A stretch of DNA of 21,767 nt from NCBI RefSeq assembly GCF_006345805.1, contig NW_021823596.1, forward strand, positions 1-21,767, given 5' to 3'. Below are positions 1 through 9,797 of the stretch, piece after piece. The translations under genes were made by a program, and so were the position numbers. Under the pieces are notes generated by a model. The model was not told where the DNA came from, made no database searches, and was given only the letters and a program-made list of their open reading frames with translations. Position 1 is the stretch's first letter. Each line of letters starts with the position of its first letter. The stretch is from Octopus sinensis. Its lineage: Eukaryota.

Positions 1-199
1 AAAGATGAAGTCAATTTAAATGTTTTCAATCATCTTGATAATATTAGTTGAAACATTAAAACAAATATTAAAACAAGAATACTGTTTTTTTAAGGAAGTG
101 AATATCTTCATTTTTTAATTAGTCTTTAAATTTAAAAAATGCATTTTCGGAAATCGTCAAATATGATGTCACAAAAATTATTTTTGGGTTTGCTTTTAT

Positions 200-690
200 T
201 GGGCTTGTCCTTAACGGTTCGAAATCTGAGCTGCCTTGGTTCCCAAATCAGTGGCAAGGAGATTAGAAAGGCTCTCTGTGACAACAAAAATGAAATAGAA
301 ATCCTTATCTTACGTATCTGCAAACTTGAATCTCATCTGGTGCTTTTCCTAATGAAGAACTATTTTTTATTCCGAAACTTACTTTCCTTATGCACTCATC
401 ACCTTTCTTTCTCAAGCAAGAACATCTATCTCGTCTTTATAATTTGGTTTTAAAGCCCCCGAGTTGCTGGTGAATATAATATTCAAACCTGGTGACATAC
501 TGCGTGACAATTTACCTAATCGTTGCGGGGCATCGGTATCTGCTTTGCAGAGATTTATCCCTGCCATGCTATCTATCATCGTTGTCCGATTCCACTAATT
601 TTGTCAACTCTGTTTTCTTTTCCTCTTCTGAATACTCCTTGGCATTGAGATTTTCCCGCCACATCAATGCAAAACAATTTTAGCCTTATA
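200..690 (-). pseudogene. Degenerate SCAND3/KRBA2-like (Ginger-type) integrase fragment
   Basis: Minus-strand pieces HGRDKSLQSRY, IVTQYVTRFEY (decayed zinc-binding region) and FYFIFVVTESLSNLL..TKAAQI (decayed first catalytic strand); many stops and frameshifts. Confidence 0.45.
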
Positions 691-735
691 ATTTGTGATC
701 ATATTTGACTTTGACAGAATGTGCAATCACAGATT

Positions 736-1041
736 GCACGACTTTGAATAGAGTGTGCAATTAACAGATTTTGAAAAACCACTTTGATAGTTGAAACCAC
801 ATTAGCACAATCATTAACACAATTTACCACCAATTGACGCACGACCTTGAATAGAATGTGCAATAACAGATTTTGAAAAACACTTTGATAGTTGAAACCA
901 CATTAGCACAATCATTAACACAATTTACCACCAATTGACGCACGACCTTGAATAGAGTGTGCAATTAACAGATTTTTAAAAACACTTTGATAGTTGAAAC
1001 CACATTAGCACAATCATTAACACAATTTACCACCAATTGAC
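736..1041. repeat. Tandem repeat, 3 copies of a ~102-bp unit
   Basis: Units starting GCACGAC(T/C)TTGAATAG at 736, 839 and 940, nearly identical; partial copy at ~707-735. Possibly internal to the adjacent Helitron. Confidence 0.95.
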
Positions 1042-1234
1042 AGCGCAATCAGAAGAATTTGCGTAAAATATTAACTATTACTTGAGTTTTTCGTAAAGAT
1101 AGAATTTATTTTCGGTATGCCTCTTTTCCTAAACTTTTTTATTATTCAAAAATAATTTTTTAAATAGATAACCGAAGGAGGAAAAACGAAGCTGAAGAAA
1201 AAACGGTCAGCTTAATAAGGTAATTAATTAAATC

Positions 1235-1318
1235 TTTTTTGGTGTCGCTTTTTTGTGTGTCGCTTTCTTGCCTGCCGCATTTCCGCCTGCCGCATCTCCC
1301 CCTGCCCCATTTCCGCCA
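1235..1318. repeat. Degenerate 15-bp-period GC-rich repeats followed by an A-rich tract
   Basis: tgtcgcttt x2 and cctgccgcat-type x3 at 15-bp spacing; resembles subterminal repeats of a MITE. No partner end found. Confidence 0.6.
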
Positions 1319-1419
1319 GTAAAAAACAAAAAAATAAAAAAAGAAAAAAAAAGAAATTACAAAGGAAAAATGAAAAAATTAAATATAAAAAAATAAACCA
1401 CAAAAAATGAAAAAAAAAG

Positions 1420-1720
1420 TTTGCAATGACAATAAACAAGGCCCAGGGACAGTCATTAAAGGTAGTTGGGTTATTTTTAGAGAGTGAGTGCTTTTCACAT
1501 GGACAGCTGTATGTGGGATGCTCGAGGGTAGGCAGAAGAGAAAATTTATTCATATATGCCAAGGAAGGACGGACGACAAACATCGTTTATCAACAGGCGA
1601 TAGAATAGGGTTACATTAAACCAGGTAGTTTTATACATCTACATAAACTTATAGTTGTTTGATGAAACAGGCCCTCCGCAGGAGCTAGGTCGCGGTGAGC
1701 GAAGCGAGCTGCCGAGCTAG
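1420..1720 (+). mobile_element. Helitron 3' end: Pif1-type helicase C-terminus, hairpin and CTAG terminus
   Basis: FAMTINKAQGQSL...FSHGQLYVGCSRV...TTNIVY* (1420-1608) is the typical RepHel C-terminus. GC-rich hairpin with GCGAAGC core (~1693-1714), then CTAG at 1717-1720 followed by T. 5' end not located. Confidence 0.9.
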
Positions 1721-1881
1721 TTCTAAATAAATACACATCACTTCTTACTTTAACACCAAATTTCTAATTTGAATTATTTCTAATTTGAATTAGTTTTGTT
1801 TCACATTAACTAGTGTACGTGGAAATCGATTTTTATAACATAAATTCAGATAGCTCGTGAATTAATTAGTTTTCACGTAGA

Positions 1882-3068
1882 ATGGAAGCTTTGTGGACAA
1901 AGTATAAAACTACGGAATCAAAAAGCCTGCTTAAAAAATATTTGACTCAAGATCTCTACGACTCCCTTAAGGGACTTAAGACTTCTTATGGAGGAGAACT
2001 TTCAAATTGTATCACTCCAGGTTAGAATTAGCTTTTAATTTGTAAGGCCTAACTAATACCGATTCTCAGATAGGTATGTATGCTTGCGATCCAGAGGCCT
2101 ATACGTTATTTGGACCACTTATTAATTTAATTATAAAAGATTATCACAAAGTACGTGTACTTTTCAATTGCTTAGATAAGTAATTCAATAACACACCCTC
2201 AACCCAATTTTGGTAATTTGGACAACCTGCCATTTGGAGATTTGGATCCCGATAATAAATATATCATTTCAACACGTGTCAGAGTTGGAAGATCTCTTGA
2301 AGGCAGACCATTCCCGCCTCTTTTGTCAAAGCAGGTACATTTTACCTTGAAATATGTATTCGTAGGATAGACTTGATATGGAGAACGTTGTTAAGAAGGT
2401 TTTTAGTCAATTTACTGGCGACCATGCAGGGACATACTATGCTTTGTCCAATATGAGTAAAGAAGTCGAAAAGCAATTAGTCGAGGATCACTTTCTCTTT
2501 CAAGACGACAATAGGTTGTGTTTATACAATTTTTTTGATTTCTACGGACTGCCTGTGGATATAACCATTGGCCTGCCGGACGTGGAATCTATCATAATGA
2601 TTCCAAGACATTTCTGATCTGGGTCAACGAGGAAGATCATTTGAGAATAATTTCTATGCAAAAGGGAGGGAATCTTTCAGAAGTTTACAGGAGACTGATA
2701 GAGGCTTGCTTATTTATATAATTTTTGAAGGGAGTAAATAAATTTGGTGCCTGTGGGATGAATTTTGCTCATAACGAAAATTTGGGTTATTTAACGTATT
2801 GTCCAACTATTTGGGAACAACAATTCGTGCTTCTGTTCATATCAGAATCCCTTGGCTCAGTTCGCAGCCTAATTTTAAAGAAATTTGTGAGAAATTAATG
2901 GTCCAGCCTCGTGGTATTCATGGAGAGCATACCGAAAGTGTTGGCGGAGTTTACGATATATCGAATAAGCGAAGACTCGGCATTTCTGAAATTGACGTTG
3001 TAGCAGAAATGGCTAACGGGGTTAAGAGAATCATTGAAATGGAATCTTCAAAGAAAATCAACATTTAG
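1882..3068 (+). CDS. AK: Arginine kinase (phosphagen kinase), 6 exons; one apparent 1-nt deletion near 2809
   Basis: Spliced translation [80 protein letters not shown](N)[27 protein letters not shown]. Introns: 2021-2046, 2151-2175, 2335-2365, 2515-2537 (GT..TG), 2704-2730 (GC-AG). Confidence 0.95.
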
Positions 3069-3459
3069 ATGATTAATCTAATTTAATAATCGTTTCTAAA
3101 TATTAAAGTTTTGATTCACCTTCAAATCATTCATTTTTGACGTTTTCTTTAGGTTAGAATTCATATATTGGATGTTTAAAAATATTTGTAAGCGAATTTT
3201 TTCTACTAAAAATTATATGAACGAATTAAATAATATCAAGGTTAAAAATCCTAGAAATTAATTTCCTGTTTTTGGCCTTGAACATATTTCAAAGTTAATA
3301 CCATTTTTATCGCGGATTTCTTTTTCATTATCTTGTTTTAAATAATTTTTACGTAGTACAAATTATCATTAAATAAAGAACAAAGTTAGATGCTAGCTAG
3401 GGTAAATTGATTTAAAAGTTAGTCATGAGCCTAAGGTTCAGCTCAACCAAGCCAAACTG

Positions 3460-3790
3460 TGTATTGAATGGCAGTTTCTGCGGAACACAGCGACCGACGT
3501 TTGCTGAAAGACTCAGCTTGTCTCCGTTCGTTTATTTTCGAGGAGATTCTCCTACCGACGTAAGTGAGGTGTTTCTTCAGGTTTCGAAGGCAAGCAGAGG
3601 AAAATCAAAATAATCAGGAATACACAGGTATTTCGTCCTCTTTGACACCTCGGCCTGAGCGCTGGCGGAGCCTGGGTGGCTGCAGGTTTTGAATAGCATA
3701 TGTGGCGTTTAAAACTAGGGACTTGCCTTTCCTGAAAGGAGAAGTCGTCATCCAGTCGGAACACTTCCCGTCGGTCCGGAAAAGGCCGAC
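3460..3790 (-). mobile_element. CRE-clade non-LTR retrotransposon 3' fragment (restriction-like endonuclease), degenerate
   Basis: Minus-strand pieces RTDGKC.D.MTTSPFRKGKSLV, PGSASAQAEVSKRTKY, LAFET, VGRRIS, SVAVFRRNCHSI fit the PD..D / K..KY / RLSIAV.RGN pattern of the CRE RLE domain. Confidence 0.7.
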
Positions 3791-4318
3791 TGGCTCTAGA
3801 AAAAAAGGAAACCAGCTGCTTCTAGTTTATTTTTCAGTCAGCAGCATTGTGTTAGTGGTATAGAGGATTACTCTAGTGGAATTTGAAATTATTTCAAAAT
3901 TCTAATGGGTCTTAAACTGGCTAAATACACACGAGTCATCAAATTTCTTTAGATCAATAATCAGAACTAGGTAAAAATAAATTTATTCAACAAAAAACAG
4001 AATTTTAATATTATTCAGTAAAATGTTGCTTAATAACCAAACTACGAAAAAATGCTATGAGTGATCTTGAAGGTTAATAAATAAAAATAAACTACGTACA
4101 TATAGAATTGCTTTTGAAATTTCGTATCACTATATCTACAGACCTGTTGTAAAAAGGATGTCATCATTTAAAGTCTTGGTAAATAATAATTTTACTAAAA
4201 TATTTTTCTCCCAGATATATATCTACTCAGAAAAAATTTAAATTTTAAAAAAATCAATTAAATAAAAGTAAAAGATAAATTTATTTACAATTTGTAAAAA
4301 AATACTGTGGTGACAAAA

Positions 4319-4873
4319 ATGATTCAGGACAACAGTGATCTTGTAAATATTATATCAGAAATAGAGGATTTATTTAATGTTTTTCTATAGAAATTTAATA
4401 CTATAGAATTTTAACCTTCAATTAAAATCCAATTATATTTTGAAGGAACAGCTAAAAACTAATGAAGAAGAACTAAAAAATGTTTCTCTTTTAAACGAAT
4501 CTCTCAATAAACGTTTATAGCTAATTTATCATTAATAAATGTTTGATTTTAAAAACATAAAAAAGATGAAAAAGAAATCAAAGAAATACAGCAAGCTGCA
4601 TTTGAAGATAAAAAAGCTGCACAATCTGAGTCTGCCTTAACTAAGGCCTCGGTGAACTATAATTTTATTAAATTTATTCAATATAAATAGTATGAGTCGA
4701 AAATAAGAGATCTGGAAGAAATCTTAAGAGGGCAGAATCAGTTTTTTGATCAACAAGTTTATCAGAGAAGAATTCAGCAACTCAAAGAAGATTATGAAGA
4801 AAAAATCAAAGACCTAAATGAACTAATAAAGATCTTGGAAATAAAATGCAGGCGTAAAAAATCTAGTCGATGA
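4319..4873 (+). CDS. Coiled-coil protein, CCDC152-like, 4 exons, 144 aa
   Basis: Exons 4319-4378, 4407-4512, 4566-4651, 4691-4873 joined by GT-AG introns (28, 53, 39 nt) give an uninterrupted ORF. C-terminus YESKI...QQVYQRRIQQLKEDYEEKIKDLNELIKILE resembles the CCDC152 C-terminus (from memory). Confidence 0.7.
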
Positions 4874-5104
4874 CAGTTGAAAATTTTATTTTTGAGTTTT
4901 ATTTGTTGGTATTTGAGCATTATAAAAATCAATATTCGAGTGCTTTTAAGCTTTCATCATCCAAAGAAAATTATTTTTAATTAAAAATATATTTTTTCAA
5001 CTTTAACTCTGAACAATCGTTTCATTTTAAGTAGGGGTAATAAGAATAAAATCAGTTAATAGATTTTATTGAATTGCGAGAAAGGGAATATCAAATCTTT
5101 TAGC

Positions 5105-5580
5105 TCATGGGCCGAATCGATAATTAAGAATATCTTTGCGGGCCGCACAAAAAATATTTTATGTTATTAATGAAAAGAAGGCTTTATTAAGTAATAAAAA
5201 TCAATGCGAGACTTGATTCTGTTTGGCGTCTAAAATAGTGTACGAAAAACTTGGATTCAGTGAGTAGCTGGTAATGAAGATCGTCAGATATGCTCTCAAT
5301 TCTCCGAGAAACTGTATTAATGCTAATGTAAGTTAAGTTTCGACCATTTTTTAATTTCTGAAGAGCAACATTCTTCTGTAATATATGTCACAAATATATC
5401 ACAATTCGGAATAATTGAAAATATACTTTCGGCCCTGTTCACGGAAACTTGGCTGATAACATCAAACTATCTGTTTTCTAAACCTCTCAGCAGTTTATTT
5501 GAGCTTTTTAGAGTATTCACGGCAACTAATCTAAAGTTTCCAGATGTCCGTTGTCTCACTCCAAGATAAAGGTTTGCAAA
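5105..5580 (-). mobile_element. hAT (Buster/Charlie-like) transposase 3' relic
   Basis: Minus-strand end ..TSYSLNPSFSYTILDAKQNQVSH* (the Q.Q.SH* ending is typical of Buster/GTF2IRD2-like transposases); subterminal GCGGGCCG motifs at ~5108-5147. Confidence 0.6.
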
Positions 5581-5659
5581 AAGACAAATAAAGTTTTTAT
5601 ATATATTAGAAAAAAGTAAATATAAAATATAAAATAAATAGTAATAAAATATAAAAAGT

Positions 5660-6140
5660 ATGTTCTGTGATTCGTTGGGAAGCTGTGGTGGATCAGTGAC
5701 TAGTGTGGAATATAAATCGACACTATTAAAATGGACGAATTACATATACGGGTGGCAGGAGAGATACTTTATTTTAGAGAAGGGGAGTCTGAGTTACTAC
5801 AAAACGTGGGAGGACGTGTGTTATAGGACTCGTGGGTGTGTGTGAAGGAGGTGCAAGTGATAGTATGGTTGGTGTGTAATGCCAGTTGGACATATGGACG
5901 AAGGACACCGTGTGGTACATTCGAGCACGGTCGGTGGAGGAGAGGAATCGGTGGGTTGGCCTGCTGAACAGTTCGGTGGAGTCGGCGTATGGAAGTGAGG
6001 GGTCTCCACTCGGATGTGTTGTCCCGCGAAGGGAGGTGTTCCCTCTGCCCACAACTCGACTGGAGGGACAAGTACTACAGGGAATGAGAAAAGAACAGGC
6101 AACTGAGGAAACAACTTGCTGATCTATTCCACGACGAAGT
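5660..6140 (+). pseudogene. CERT1: CERT (COL4A3BP)-like PH-domain gene, N-terminal part, frameshifted
   Basis: LLKWTNYIYGWQERYFILEKGSLSYYK..RGCV, then DTVWYIRARSVEERNRWV..ESAYGSE and LRKQLADL, parallel the CERT PH domain and downstream ESGYGSE motif. Frameshifts near 5845-5880 and ~6005, TGA at 6085; no FFAT or START region seen. Confidence 0.75.
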
Positions 6141-6141
6141 A

Positions 6142-7580
6142 ACTACTCAGAGGACTGACATTACAGGGGGGACATTACTCCCCAAGTATACTACTCAGAG
6201 GACTGACATCACAGGGGGGACATTACTCCCCAAGTATACTACTCAGAGGACTGACATTACAGGGGGGACATTACTCCCCAAGTATACTACTCAGAGGACT
6301 GACATCACAGGGGGGACATTACTCCCCAAGTATACTACTCAGAGGACTGACATCACATGGGGGACATTACTCCCCAAGTATACTACTCAGAGGACTGACA
6401 TTACAGGGGGGACATTACTCCCCAAGTATACTACTCAGAGGACTGACATTACAGGGGGACATTACTCCCCAAGTATACTACTCAGAGGACTGACATCACA
6501 GGGGGGACATTACTCCCCAAGTATACTACTCAGAGGACTGACATCACATGGGGGACATTACTCCCCAAGTATACTACTCAGAGGACTGACATCACATGGG
6601 GGACATTACTCCCCAAGTATACTACTCAGAGGACTGACATCACAGGGGGGACATTACTCCCCAAGTATACTACTCAGAGGACTGACATTCACAGGGGGGA
6701 CATTACTCCCCCTCCCTACTACCAAGGATACTTACTCAGGAGAGGACTGACATTACACAGGGGGGACATTACTCCCCACTCCCCAAGTATACTACTCACT
6801 CAGAGGACTGACATTACAGGGGGGACATTACTCCCCAAGTATACTACTCAGAGGACTGACATTACAGGGGGGACATTACTCCCCAAGTATACTACTCAGA
6901 GGACTGACATTACAGGGGGGACATTACTCCCCAAGTATACTACTCAGAGGACTGACATCACATGGGGGACATTACTCCCCAAGTATACTACTCAGAGGAC
7001 TGACATTACAGGGGGGACATTACTCCCCACGTATACTACTCAGAGGACTGACATTACAGGGGGGACATTACTCCCCAAGTATACTACTCAGAGGACTGAC
7101 ATTACATGGGGGACATTACTCCCCACGTATACTACTCAGAGGACTGACATTACAGGGGGGACATTACTCCCCAAGTGGACTACTCAGAGGACTGACATTA
7201 CAGGGGGGACATTACTCCCCACGTATACTACTCAGAGGACTGACATTACAGGGGGGACATTACTCCCCAAGTATACTACTCAGAGGACTGACATTACATG
7301 GGGGACATTACTCCCCAAGTATACTACTCAGAGGACTGACATTACAGGGGGGACATTACTCCCCAAGTATACTACTCAGAGGACTGACATTACAGGGGGG
7401 ACATTACTCCCCAAGTATACTACTCAGAGGACTGACATTACAGGGGGGACATTACTCCCCAAGTATACTACTCAGAGGACTGACATCACATGGGGGACAT
7501 TACTCCCCAAGTATAAGTATACTACTCAGAGGACGACTACTCAGAGGACTGACATTACAGGGGGGACATTACTCCCCAAG
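6142..7580 (+). repeat. Minisatellite, ~30 copies of a 48-bp unit
   Basis: Unit TACTACTCAGAGGACTGACAT(T/C)ACA(G/T)GGGGGACATTACTCCCC(A/C)AGTA-like consensus, period 48 (actcag at 6145, 6193, 6241); noisy units around 6690-6800 and 7510-7540. Confidence 0.98.
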
Positions 7581-7584
7581 CTGC

Positions 7585-7940
7585 GTAGAATATCAAATTT
7601 TAAAGGATGTTTGACATGATAAAATCCCCGAAAATCTTCGAGGCACCGAAAATCTAGACTTATAAAGAAAATGGTGAATTTTACCATTATCAATGACAGG
7701 TATTGTAAATTTGCAATAAATTCACTGACTATCTTAAATTAATCATATCTTGCGAAAATGAAAACAAAATTGAGCTTGCCGCGAAATCATTACACGAGTT
7801 TTCACTCGGAGGAGTAAATAAAATTGAATATGAATTTCGACAAAGATAATTCACTGTAAAGAATGACATTGTCAGAAAAGTCATTTGAAATTGTGAAGTT
7901 TGCAAATTTTCCGTCCTTTAAAAGTTCAATATATTAGGGA
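7585..7940 (+). pseudogene. SCAND3/KRBA2-like integrase N-terminal (zinc-binding) relic
   Basis: AKSLHEFSLGGVNKIEYEFRQR*FTVKNDIVRKVI*NCEVCK fits a decayed H..H / C..C integrase zinc-binding domain. Confidence 0.6.
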
Positions 7941-7944
7941 AATT

Positions 7945-8097
7945 CGGTTTATTCTCCTCGAAGTTGGTCAAACCAAAGTCCGATTGTATTATTTGAACAC
8001 CATAAGACGGATGGAATCATTTGACTATTTAAAAATGTTCTAAATGCAGTCGAACCCAGGACACTTGTTATATACGGAGCGTATCAAAAATTAGATT
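7945..8097 (+). pseudogene. Possible Merlin/IS1595-like transposase scrap
   Basis: VEPRTLVI...AYQKL resembles the I.PGT.I.TD.WRAY..L motif; very degraded. Confidence 0.25.
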
Positions 8098-8339
8098 GAA
8101 AAATTTAAAAAAATTCGGATGTTTATTGATTTTTTGTGTTTTTAAGTAAAACTATTATTCGTCGGATTTGCCAAACTACCTTATTTATAAATTTAAGCAG
8201 ATTATCTATATATTTGTATTTCAAAGCAAACATTTCTAATTTATCTGACCAAAAAAATTGGATTTTTTAATTTTAAGTGACAAATGCTAAAATTAACATG
8301 ATGGAGAGCGTCAATTTGCTTCGTAGCTTCTTTTTTCAG

Positions 8340-9060
8340 CGAAAAGACAAAAATTTTTCAAATAAGTTTTTGGTACAGACGCCTAAATTTTAAATAACCG
8401 TATCTCCAATTCCTTAATGTTTTGGGCGGTTTTTTTGATAATTCCGATTTTTTCATGACACAAAGATGTTCTATATGATTAAGATCTGATGATTGGAATG
8501 GCCAATTTAGTATTTCGTGTTTATTGTCTTTCAAATATTTGGTTACAATGTGGCTTTGTAGCATGGAGCGTTATCTTGTTGGAAAATAAATGATTTTAGC
8601 CCCCCTTGGGCGATTCTACAAAGTCATTTGTTAAAGATTAATATCATTGATGCTATTCATTTTCCTTTTAATAAAAAAAGATTCCCCACATATGAGAAAC
8701 ATTCCCAAATCATTAATCTTCCTCCTCCGTACTTTACGGCTGCCGGAATATTGCATTTTTGAAAAGCATGTCGAGTTTCACCATAAATACTTTAAGTTTT
8801 TTATTATTAGAGACATCAAACATTGATTTTCCCAAAAATGACCGTTTTCCATATGTTATCAGATGTTCTCTTCTATGTACCCATTTCGATTTACATTTTT
8901 TACTGTTAACAACTGTTTACGTCTTGCTCGATTTCACACATAACTCATTGAATTTGTAATTTTTCAAGATAAGTGGACTTCGTGACTTAATTTTTCATTT
9001 GATCAATCCTGCATTTTTATATTTCTTAGTTACAAAGCAAACAACAATATCTTGCAATTC
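8340..9060 (-). mobile_element. Tc1-family DDE transposase relic
   Basis: Minus-strand WKTVIF, AVKYGGGRLMIWECFSY, FQQDNAP, LNWPFQSSDLNHIEHL; multiple frameshifts. Confidence 0.85.
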
Positions 9061-9099
9061 AATAGTCATTTTCAATCAAACATCATCAAAAAATCCAAG

Positions 9100-9600
9100 T
9101 ATTTATGTCAGGTTAATTATTAAATTCTTGAAAATTCGTTATCTCCCCAATAAGAATATTTATAAATTTTTCTTTACCGGCATCAGTCTTGTCTACAATA
9201 AAGAAAATCTTTCCATTAATTCACAATCCGATTATCTCATTAACACGTATTTTGGCCAAAATTTTGACATTGTTTCGACATTTTGATTTTAAAAGTAACT
9301 CGAGTCCAATCGTATTAAAAAAAATATCTTAATACAGAATTCCTTAGTTTATATAATTGAATATTTGCGGAAACAAATGCTTCAGTTAGATTTAGTAAAG
9401 AATCATTCGTATCAACAGTAGTGGGAGAAACGTTTGAATCCTCGTTTGAATTTGTTCATATGTGAAATATGTTATTGCAAAATCGTGCCAACTTTTTCCA
9501 TAGTTTTTTTCTTGAAAGTGCTACTTCATTTATCTTGTATCACACAAGAGTGGCGATATATCTAAATAATTGCTTCTGTCAACTTTGTAAATCATTAGCC
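9100..9600 (-). mobile_element. CGGBP1-like / hAT-derived transposase relic
   Basis: Minus-strand LTEAFVSANIQLYKLRNSVLRYFF and KIFFIVDKTDAGKEKFINILIGEI resemble the ANIPL.KL and I..DET.D..GR motifs. Confidence 0.55.
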
Positions 9601-9797
9601 CATTAAAGGAATGTTTTTCTCAAGTTTATGTGATTTTTTAATATTGACATTATTTTAATAATCGTGGATTCTTTTTGAACCAACATTTTTAAATTCTTAT
9701 TAATTAATGTTGATGTAAAAAATTAATTAAATTAATTGAAATAATATTTTATTTATATTCATAATGTTTTATTTATTTTTCTCTCTTGATTAAAAAA

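Noticed and set aside
1224-1583. Minus-strand ORF with an F/L-rich apparent membrane segment
   Set aside because: Antisense of the Helitron helicase plus an A-rich low-complexity tract.
1760-1791. 16-bp tandem duplication ATTTCTAATTTGAATT as an excision footprint
   Set aside because: AT-rich slippage explains it; no supporting element.
6142-7580. CRISPR array
   Set aside because: Head-to-tail units with no unique spacers, no cas genes, eukaryotic context.
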